In this document: positions 24,017 through 32,300 of the stretch, piece after piece
Position numbering within the stretch: position 1 is the first letter of the stretch
How the letters are laid out: every line of letters starts with the position of its first letter
Assembly (NCBI GenBank): GCA_030430245.1
Contig: JAUIFY010000002.1
Location: forward strand, 2,659 to 66,658
Direction: 5' to 3'
Source of the DNA: a bacterium
Lineage (GTDB): Bacteria; Desulfobacterota; Binatia; UBA12015
Length of the DNA: 64,000 bases
Program-made: the position numbers and the translations under genes
Notes under the pieces: generated by a model
What the model was told of the DNA's origin: nothing
The model's database searches: none
What the model saw: the letters and a program-made list of their open reading frames with translations, nothing else

Positions 24017-25339
24017 TCACTCCGCGTAGCCCAGCGCCTTCAGCTTCTTCACCTGCTGCGGGTCGAGCGGGATACGGGCGATCCCCGGCTCGAACCGCGG
24101 CGCCCCCTCGATGCGGTCGTCGAGCTCCTTCGCGAGCCGCGCCGCAACCTCCGGATGCGCGTCGATCACGTTGCGCGTCTCGTCGCGGTCGGCCCCGAGA
24201 TCGAAGAGCTCGTCGCGCGCACCGGTGTGATCGAGCAGCTTGAATCCGCTCCGAACGACCCCGCGGGTCTCCCGGCGCGCCGGTGGACCCTTCCCTGCCC
24301 GGTCGTCCCAGATGAGCTGCGTGAACACCGCTCGATCGGCGTCGGTCGCGCCGTCGTCGGGAAGGAGCGAGGTTCCGACGTGCGTCTTCTCCCCGGGATG
24401 TCCCGCCAGCCGAAGCAGGGTGGGACCGACGTCGACGATGCTCGCACGCGCGTCGACGCGCCCACCGTTCGGCCAACGCGCCGGCGCGTACAGGACGAGA
24501 GGCACGTCGACGACCTCGCGGTAGAGGGTCTTGCCGTGCTGCTCACCCCCGTGCTCGCCGAACTCCTCTCCGTGATCACTCGTGATCACGACCACCGTGT
24601 CGTCGCCCCAGCCGAAGAGACGAAAGAGCTCTTCGACGTGCCCGTCGACGAACCGGATCTCGCTGTCGTACCGAGCGAGCGACTCCTCGAACTCGTCGTC
24701 CGGGTCGATCCCCGCCGCGTTCTCCGAGAACCACGGCTCCCGCTCGTTGTACGGGATGTGCGGGTCCATGTAGTGCACGTAGAGGAAGTACGGCTCACTC
24801 GCGACGATGTCGTCACGCCAGGCCGACAGGGTCGCATTCACCCGGGGCGCCGCTTCGTAGTGCGTGCTCGCGAACCGGTCGAACCCCCGACCGAAGCCCG
24901 GCTTCTCGCTCACGTTCTGGTTGTCGACGACTCCGAACGTCGAGTACCCGACGTCGCGCAGGCTCTCGGCGAGGCTCGGAGCCCCCCCCGGGAGCACCTT
25001 CACCTCGAAGCTCGCTCGATCCGGAGCCAACGAGGCCATGTGCATGCCGTGCTGGAACGGGTGCAGCGACGTGAACAGCGACGCCATCGCGGGCGCCGTC
25101 CACGACGACGTCGAGTGCGCCCGCGTGAAGACGAGCGAGCGCTGGGCGAGGGAGGTCAGGAACGGCGCGGTGTCTCGGTCGTGGCCGTAGAACGGCAAGC
25201 GGTCCGGGCGGAGCGTGTCGATGACGATCAGTACCAGGTTGGGCCGAGGGGCCTCGCGCGACCGCGGCTCGCAGCCCACTCCGACGACGATCGCGATCGC
25301 GGCCGCCAGGACGAGCGCGCCGCGCCGGAGGTCCCTCAC
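24017..25339 (-). CDS. Sulfatase-fold (alkaline phosphatase superfamily) lipoprotein with a non-canonical active-site segment
   Basis: GTG 25339 overlaps the upstream stop (GTGA). It has a lipobox-like IVVGVGC, then LVLIVIDTLRPD, STSSWTAPAMASLFT in place of the C/S-x-P-x-R signature, and VVITSDHGEEFGEHG. Confidence 0.8.
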   Translation of the reverse strand: MRDLRRGALVLAAAIAIVVGVGCEPRSREAPRPNLVLIVIDTLRPDRLPFYGHDRDTAPFLTSLAQRSLVFTRAHSTSSWTAPAMASLFTSLHPFQHGMHMASLAPDRASFEVKVLPGGAPSLAESLRDVGYSTFGVVDNQNVSEKPGFGRGFDRFASTHYEAAPRVNATLSAWRDDIVASEPYFLYVHYMDPHIPYNEREPWFSENAAGIDPDDEFEESLARYDSEIRFVDGHVEELFRLFGWGDDTVVVITSDHGEEFGEHGGEQHGKTLYREVVDVPLVLYAPARWPNGGRVDARASIVDVGPTLLRLAGHPGEKTHVGTSLLPDDGATDADRAVFTQLIWDDRAGKGPPARRETRGVVRSGFKLLDHTGARDELFDLGADRDETRNVIDAHPEVAARLAKELDDRIEGAPRFEPGIARIPLDPQQVKKLKALGYAE

Positions 25340-26520
25340 CCGCGACGCCAGACGAAGACGAGAACGCCGATCACCGCGACGATCACGAAGACGATCCACG
25401 GCGACATACGCCCCTCGTCCGCGACGGTAGGACTCGCCTCCGTCGACGCCGCCTTCGACGCTTCCTCGCCCGCCGCCGGCGCCGAACCACCGGCGTCGCC
25501 CGCGACCGGGAGGACTTCCTCGGCCGGGCTCGGCGGGGCCGGCTCTTCGACGGGCGCCACCGCCGCGACGGGCACGACCTCCTCGAAGACCGCGACCGTC
25601 TCCACTGCGAGATCGCAGCCATGGAGCGAGAGGGCCGCGGCCGGGCCGCTGTCGTACATCCCGAACGACTGCTCCCGGTAGTTGCGCACCCAGGCTTGCA
25701 GCACCGCGGTCGGATCCAGCTCGCGTTCCGCGCGCGAGACCTTGCGCGGCTCGTCGCCTTCCTCGCGCTCGGGACACTCTTCGGTGAGGACGGTGAGCGC
25801 CTCGAACGCAGCGTCGCGCTCGCCCGCCTTGGCGCGCGCCCACGCCGCGGCGAACGCGGCGTCGCGCGCGTTGGGTCCCGTCGAGTCGTCGGCCAGCGAC
25901 TGGAAGGCCTCGGCCGCGGCGGCAGGATCGCCACCGTCGAGCAGCGCGTTCGCCGCGGCGAAGCGACTCGCTTCGACCAGGGCGTCCTCGACGCCTTCCG
26001 CCTCGCTCATCGCCTCGAGGATCTCCAGTCCCTCGTCGTGACGCCCCAAAGCGATCGCCGTCTGCGCATGCCCGAGCGTCGCGAGATAGCCGAGGTCGCC
26101 ACCCGCGGCGGACGCCTTCGCGAACCACTCGCGCGCGTCGGCGAGCTTCCCGGCACCGACGGCCGACAGGGCGAGGCCGAGCTCGGCGTGGCTCGCGATC
26201 GGCGCCTTGCCGGGGCCCATCTGGCTCCCGGCGCTCGGGTCCTGGAGCACGCGCAGGAACATGCGGCGCGCGGCACCGTAGTTCCCCTGGCGGAGGTACG
26301 CGTCCCCGAGGACCGTCGGCACCGAAGGCGGGTAGCCGTCGATTCCCTTCTTCCCGAGCTCGATGACCTGCTCGGCGGCCGCGTTCGGGTCCTCGGCGTA
26401 GACGTCGAAGACCTCGCGCCATTCCGGATACTGCTCCGCCGCGTGAAGCGGTACCGCAAACGAGATGAGGAGTGCCAGGGCGAGAAGCGGACGGAGGGCG
26501 AGCGAGAGCGCGGGGAGCAT
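25336..26520 (-). CDS. TPR-like repeat protein with signal peptide and C-terminal membrane anchor
   Basis: ATG 26520. The signal is MLPALSLALRPLLALALLISFAVPLHA. Helical-repeat text is present (LGDAYLRQGNYGAARRMF, GHAQTAIALGRHDEGLEIL), followed by a P/A/E-rich linker and a terminal TM (WIVFVIVAVIGVLVFVW). Confidence 0.75.
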   Translation of the reverse strand: MLPALSLALRPLLALALLISFAVPLHAAEQYPEWREVFDVYAEDPNAAAEQVIELGKKGIDGYPPSVPTVLGDAYLRQGNYGAARRMFLRVLQDPSAGSQMGPGKAPIASHAELGLALSAVGAGKLADAREWFAKASAAGGDLGYLATLGHAQTAIALGRHDEGLEILEAMSEAEGVEDALVEASRFAAANALLDGGDPAAAAEAFQSLADDSTGPNARDAAFAAAWARAKAGERDAAFEALTVLTEECPEREEGDEPRKVSRAERELDPTAVLQAWVRNYREQSFGMYDSGPAAALSLHGCDLAVETVAVFEEVVPVAAVAPVEEPAPPSPAEEVLPVAGDAGGSAPAAGEEASKAASTEASPTVADEGRMSPWIVFVIVAVIGVLVFVWRRG

Positions 26521-26595
26521 CGAAGGAATCCTATCGGGGAAGGTCGGGCCGGAGATGGCCCGGACCTTCAGCTTGCCTGGGCGGCTCGACACCCG

Positions 26596-27192
26596 TCAAG
26601 CCGCGGGATTCTCTCGGCTCTTCTGACGAAGCGGAGGCAACGGCTCGCCCTCGACGACGAACTCGAGGGCGACCCCGTTGTTGCAATAGCGGAGTCCCGT
26701 GGGCTCGGGGCCGTCATCGAACACGTGGCCCTGATGACCGCCACAGCGCGCGCAGTGGTACTCGGTTCGCGGTAAGACGAGCTTGAAGTCCCGGCTCGTC
26801 CCGAGCCGACCGGCGATCGGCTCGTAGAAGCTCGGCCAGCCGGTCCCACTGTCGAACTTCGCCTCCGAGCTGAAGAGGGGAAGGTGGCAGGCCGCACAGA
26901 CGTACGTGCCGGCGCGCTTCTCGTCGTTCAGCGGGCTCGTGTACGGACGCTCCGTCCCCTCTTCGAAAAGAACGGAGTACGCCGCGGGAGAGAGGAGCTT
27001 CTTCCATTGCTCCCGGGAGAGGCTCAAGGGCCGCCAGTCGAGCGCCTGAGCGGGCTTCGAGCCGGGCGTCTCCTTCGCCCGTGCCGGCGCCCCGCCGAGC
27101 CACCAGGCGACCGCGGCCGAGAAGGAGCCCAGAATTCCGAAGAGTACGCCCCGGCGGGAGGCGGTGGTCGTCTTCGCACGTTCGTCCATCAT
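26596..27192 (-). CDS. msrB: Peptide-methionine (R)-S-oxide reductase MsrB with an N-terminal twin-arginine signal
   Basis: Has SelR/MsrB motifs: the zinc CxxC pairs CAACHLPLF and CARCGGHQGHVF, and the catalytic RYCNNGVAL. The N-terminus TTTASRRGVLFGILGSFSAAVAWWLGGAPARA looks like a Tat signal. Confidence 0.9.
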   Translation of the reverse strand: MMDERAKTTTASRRGVLFGILGSFSAAVAWWLGGAPARAKETPGSKPAQALDWRPLSLSREQWKKLLSPAAYSVLFEEGTERPYTSPLNDEKRAGTYVCAACHLPLFSSEAKFDSGTGWPSFYEPIAGRLGTSRDFKLVLPRTEYHCARCGGHQGHVFDDGPEPTGLRYCNNGVALEFVVEGEPLPPLRQKSRENPAA

Positions 27193-27269
27193 CGCACTCC
27201 ACTCTACGCCGAATCCCCCCGGAAGGTTACCGCTGGTCGTCGACGGGGGGATTGCGCTAGCCTCCGCGG

Positions 27270-28382
27270 ATGAGCTTGCACAATCGCGTCTGTGACCTCT
27301 TCGGCATCGAGGTGCCGATCGTCCTCGCCGGCATGGGCGGTGCGAGCACCCCTCGGCTGGCCGCAGCCGTCTCCAACGCCGGGGGCCTCGGCATCCTCGG
27401 CGCCGCCGCCTGCGGCCCCGCCGAGCTTCGCTCCTGGATCGAAGAGACGCGGAGCCTCACGGATCGTCCCTTCGGGGTCGACACCCTGCTCCCGGCGTCG
27501 GTGCGCCGGGGGAAGTCGACGAAGGCGCCCCCGGGTGGTCCGTCGCCGATGGAGCAGATCCCCACCCACCAGGAGTTCGCGCGGAAGTTCCTCGAGGCCG
27601 AGGGGCTCGAGATCCCGCCGCCACGCGTCGCCGACCCCGGTGCCGACGAGGAGGCGACCTTCACCAAGGGCTTCTTCGAAGCGCAGATGGAGGTCGTCAT
27701 CGAGGAGAAGGTCCCGGTCTACGCCGCCGGGCTGGGCAACCCGGCACCGTGGCTGGATCGCATGCGCGCGAACGGCACGAAGGTGCTCGCCGTGGTCGGC
27801 GCCGTGCGCCACGCCCGACAGGTCGCCGAGACGGGCGTCGACGTCATCGTGGCCCAGGGCCACGATGCGGGAGGGCACAACTCTCCCATCGGAACGATGG
27901 CGCTCGTGCCCCAGGTGGTCGATGCGGTCGGCGACATTCCGGTCCTCGCCGCGGGCGGGATCACCGACGGCCGCGGCATCGCCGCGAGCTTCATGCTGGG
28001 AGCCGAAGGCGCGTGGATCGGGAGCGCGTTCCTCGCGACCGAAGAGGCGACTCTCTTCGACTTCCAGAAGCAGGCCATCGTCGATGCGACCGACGAGGGG
28101 ACGACGGTCTCGCGATCGATCACCGGCAAGCCGGCTCGTCAAATAAAAAACCGCTGGGCCCAGGCGTACGCGAATGCCGACATCGAACCCCTCCCGATGC
28201 CCTTCCAGTCCTTCATCGCGAGCCCGGTGATGCAGGCGGCGACGACCGCGAAACGGGCCGACATCTGGCCCGGGTTCGCCGGCCAGGGAATCGGAATGAT
28301 CCGATCGATCGTGCCCGCGGGCGACCTGCTGCGCCGCCTCGTGGCCGAGACCGAGGCGGTCCTCGCCAAGCACGCGAAGTAG
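27270..28382 (+). CDS. Nitronate monooxygenase / FabK-type FMN-dependent enoyl reductase family protein
   Basis: Has NMO-family motifs: LFGIEVPIVLAGMGGASTPRLAAAVSNAGGLGILG, VIVAQGHDAGGH and LAAGGITDGRG. Confidence 0.85.
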   Translation: MSLHNRVCDLFGIEVPIVLAGMGGASTPRLAAAVSNAGGLGILGAAACGPAELRSWIEETRSLTDRPFGVDTLLPASVRRGKSTKAPPGGPSPMEQIPTHQEFARKFLEAEGLEIPPPRVADPGADEEATFTKGFFEAQMEVVIEEKVPVYAAGLGNPAPWLDRMRANGTKVLAVVGAVRHARQVAETGVDVIVAQGHDAGGHNSPIGTMALVPQVVDAVGDIPVLAAGGITDGRGIAASFMLGAEGAWIGSAFLATEEATLFDFQKQAIVDATDEGTTVSRSITGKPARQIKNRWAQAYANADIEPLPMPFQSFIASPVMQAATTAKRADIWPGFAGQGIGMIRSIVPAGDLLRRLVAETEAVLAKHAK

Positions 28383-28388
28383 ATCGTC

Positions 28389-29300
28389 GTGTCGGCGCCT
28401 CGACTCGGATACGGAATCCAGATCGCCTGCGCCGCGATGCACTGGCCCGAGTGCCTGGAGATCGCGCGCGCGGGAGACGAGCTCGGCTACTCGTACGTCG
28501 GAGTGCCCGACCACTACGTCGCGACGCCCGACGGCGCCGATCCGAGTCCCCACCTCCCCCTGCTCGACGGGTGGACCACGCTCGGTGCGTTCGCGCACGC
28601 CACGTCGCGCATCCGCATCGGACCCCTCGTGGCGAGCAACACGTTTCGCCATCCCGCGATTCTCGCGAAGATGGCCGCGAGCCTCGATCACATGAGCGGC
28701 GGGCGCCTCGACCTCGGCATCGGGATCGGCTGGTTCGACTTCGAGCACACGAGCTTCGGCCTTCCGTTCGACCCGACGCCGGCGCGCCTCCGCGCCATGG
28801 AGGAAGCGATCCGGATCCTGCGCGCCCTCTGGTCCGAGCCCGAGTTCTCCTACGAGGGCGAGTTCTACACGCTGCACGACGCGATCGCGGAGCCGAAGCC
28901 CCTCCAGGATCCCCTTCCCCTGATCGTCGCGTCCAGCGGCCCCAAGGTCGGCATGCCGATGGCCGCGCGCTACGCGAACCACTGGAACGCGTACCGGACG
29001 GCAGCCGACTGGGCCGAGCTGAACCGGCTGCTCGACGAGTGCTGCGAGAGGCGCGACCGCGATCCGCGCGAGATCACCCGCTCCGTGATGATCCCGCTGT
29101 ACCTCGAGGAAACCGAAGCCACCCGGCAGAAGGTCGCGATGTGGGGAGACCGGGAGTGGTTCCTCGTCGGCTCCGACGACGAGATCCGCGACCGCATCGG
29201 TCGCTTCGTCGATGCGGGGGCCGATCAGGTCATCGTCCAGATCGATGCGCCTGAGCGAAACGCCGAAACCCTACGCGCGTTCGCCGAACGCTTCTTCTGA
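28389..29300 (+). CDS. Luciferase-like monooxygenase (LLM) class oxidoreductase, possibly F420-dependent
   Basis: GTG start 7 nt after the upstream stop. LLM text is present: GVPDHY, PLVASNTFRHPAILAKMAASLDHMSGGRLDLGIGIGW and YEGEFY. Confidence 0.8.
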   Translation: MSAPRLGYGIQIACAAMHWPECLEIARAGDELGYSYVGVPDHYVATPDGADPSPHLPLLDGWTTLGAFAHATSRIRIGPLVASNTFRHPAILAKMAASLDHMSGGRLDLGIGIGWFDFEHTSFGLPFDPTPARLRAMEEAIRILRALWSEPEFSYEGEFYTLHDAIAEPKPLQDPLPLIVASSGPKVGMPMAARYANHWNAYRTAADWAELNRLLDECCERRDRDPREITRSVMIPLYLEETEATRQKVAMWGDREWFLVGSDDEIRDRIGRFVDAGADQVIVQIDAPERNAETLRAFAERFF

Positions 29301-29316
29301 TCCGATCGGGGCTCGG

Positions 29317-32300
29317 TCAATCCACTCCGTCGTCGCCGGCGCCCGCCCGGGCGACCGTCGCGCGAGCGCGACCCGAGGCCGTTCCACTCGCGCGACCGAG
29401 CGCCTCCTCCAGGGCCGCGATCAGGCTCGGTCGCATCCGCCGCAGCGGAAGGATCTGCTGGAGAGAGCCGACGTCGCGCGCTCGCTCGACCGTGTGGATC
29501 GCGTCGAACTCGGCCGCGACCCGGGCCTGCGCCTCGAGACGGGCTTCGGCGAGCGCCTCTTCCAGCTCGGACCGCAGCGCGACGGAGCGACTGGAAGCCA
29601 GCTTCGCGCGGAGCTCCCGCACGCGCGCACTCGCGGCGGCGCGCGATTCCACCTCGCGCGTGAACACGACCTTGGCGGCCGGACCGCCGCCGATCACCGA
29701 TGCGTACGACCCCTCGAGCGCCATCGCCTGAAGCCCCGGATTCAGCGATCGAGAGAAGACGACGTAGGCGCCGCCGTGATAGCGGGACACCACGAGGAAG
29801 AGCAGTGGCCCGTCGAAGTTCACGACGGCCCGAGCGATCTCGGCGCCGTACTCGAGCTGGAGTCGCCGAAGCGACTCCGGCGAGCCATCGAAGCCGGAGA
29901 GATTGGCGAGGAAGACGACCGGCCGGTTGCCGCTCGCCGCGTTCAGCGCGCGCGCGATCTTCCGGGACGACAGGGGGTAGAGCGTCCCGCCGCTCCAGTC
30001 CGCCGGTCCGTCGAAGGAGCGATAGCCCTGTCGCGCGAGGCTCCGGCTCTCGATCCCGACGAGCGAGATCGGAAATCCACCCAGCTGCGCGTCCCATACG
30101 ATGGCCGTCTCCGCCCCCTGCCATCCGTGCCACCTCTCCAGCGATCCACCGTCCCGATCGATGAGTGAGGCCATCACGGGTCGCATCGCGAACGGCCGCT
30201 TCCGGCCGGGATTGGAGTCGGGGGAAAAGATCTCTCCGATCGTCGCGAAGCTCGTGTCGCCGTTCGCCTCGTAGGGCGACTGCGACACGTCGCGATCGAA
30301 CGGATCCTCCGTCGGACGACGTCGCGGATGCCACTCGCCCGCGACCGCGTACGTGTACCGGTAATGCCGGTCGAGAAGCGCGAACGCCTCGGAGAGGTCG
30401 CCCGCGAAGTACTGGCACTCTCCGTTCGGCCCCGCGATCCGCTCGAATCCGCCGATCGCGATCTCGTCTTCGGCCGCGACGGCCCCGGACGCTTCGAGGG
30501 CGTCGCGCCCCGTGAGAACCATCGAGCCGGTGGGCGTCATGAACAAGGCGCCTCGCGTGTGCGGGAGCATCGTGGCGAGCGCGTCCCAGTAGCTCTGCGC
30601 TCCGACGTTGACGCCGTACACGATCACGTGGATCACGCCGCGGCTTTGCGTGAACCGCACGATCCGACGGACCACCCGGGCCGTCGCGTCGAGGTTCTCG
30701 GTGCCGCTGTCCATGGCGATGCGTGCGCCGCTCGAGATGGGGACCCACTCGACCGGAACGCCTCGCTCCTCCGCCAGATCGAGGGCCGCGACGATTCGAT
30801 CGCATTCCGCGGCGGCGAGAGATCCCATGCCGCGGGTCGGGTCGGAGAGGAGCAAGACGCGCTCGATCCCTTCCGGAACCTCGGGCGTCTCGGTCCGCAG
30901 CAACCCAAAGACGACACCGCACGTGTTCCGCCCGGGCTCGCGGTGGACGGCGCGGGCGCCCCCGTCCTCGTCGAGATCGAACTCCTCGAAGGTCCCACCA
31001 CGCATGCGGACGATCTCGTACGGATGGACCAGACGGCGGCGGCGCGCCTGCGCGACCTTGCGCTCGTACTCCGTCGCCGGCTCGACGGGGGCGCGATCGG
31101 GATCGCGGAGGAACATCCGCATCTGGCTTCCCGTCACGTCGTCGACGACGATCTCCTTCTCCACCGCCGGCTTCTCGGGTTGGTCCGGATCGAGCAGATT
31201 CAGCCGCAGGACGACCTTCTCGAGCCCGAGTCGCCGGGTCGCGGGCGCAAGCCGGTCCGCGAGATCGGCGGCCAGCTCGGGACCGACCACCAGGGCCGGC
31301 TCCACGAAGAGCGTGATGCGGTTCCATTGCAGTCGCCGCTCGGGATCGCGGTCGGCGAGGATCGTGCGCATCGCGGTCGTCGCCCGCTGGAACGCGATCT
31401 CGAACGCGGCCAGATGCGCGGACGTCACCCGTCCGCGATCGTCGCTCTCCCCCGGGATCTCCCCGAACACGAACACCCGGTCGTCGCCCGCCACGTCGCG
31501 GCCCCGGCCGAAGAAGCAGCGCAGCCCCGGGCCCGCCGGAATCTCCTCGAGGTCGAACTTCGCAAGGCGCTCGATGCCCAGATCGGGACGACGGGGCGCG
31601 GTCTTCCGCGGTCCCACGCGGGCCAGGCGCCGCTCGAGTCGGGGCTTGTCGAACAGCTCGTGCCGTGCCTCGAGCGCGGCGTCCGCGAGCGCGTCGCTCA
31701 CCAGGCCACGCATCGCGCCGATGTTCGAGAGCGCCTCGGCAAGGGCTTCTTCCCGTCGCAGCTTGCGGCTCGACTCCCCCAACCCGACGAGGCGACGGAT
31801 CGACCCGAGAACGAGGCGGTGGCGCAGAGCCGCGGTCTGCTGCGACGCGAGAAGACGAAGAACGGCGCGCTCGAGCGGATCCGTGTCGGAGAGATCCGTG
31901 ACGCCGTAGTGCACCAGAGCCGCCCGGACCCGGCCGAGAAAGGACTCCGGAAGCCCGGCGCCCCCCGCGTGGAGGCGACGCACGAACGTCCGCAAGAGCG
32001 TATTGTTCGAAGGGCCGACCTCGCCGCCCGGCACCGACTGCGGGAGGCGGAGGAAGAGCTGCTCGATGTCGGAGAAGAGGACGATCGCACGCCGGACGTC
32101 GTTCAGCTCGCGGCGCCCCTCGCGCGTCGTCCGGTCCGGAAGCGGCGACTCGTCGAGGAACCGCACCAGCTCCTCGCCCCGCTCCTCGTCCAGGTCGTAG
32201 CCGAGAAGGGCGCGGCGAATCTCGTCGCGCGCGAGCCGGTGCGGCGCGACGTCGTTCGTCCGGGGCAGGGAGAGCGCGCCGCGAGACGTCGGGGACGACG

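Noticed and set aside
27270-28382. The NMO/FabK-family gene as the missing reductase of the FAS-like operon.
   Set aside because: It is on the opposite strand, separated from the operon end by the LLM gene. It is convergent rather than co-transcribed. FabK-type enzymes are enoyl reductases, and the operon already has one. It would not fill the missing ketoreductase role.
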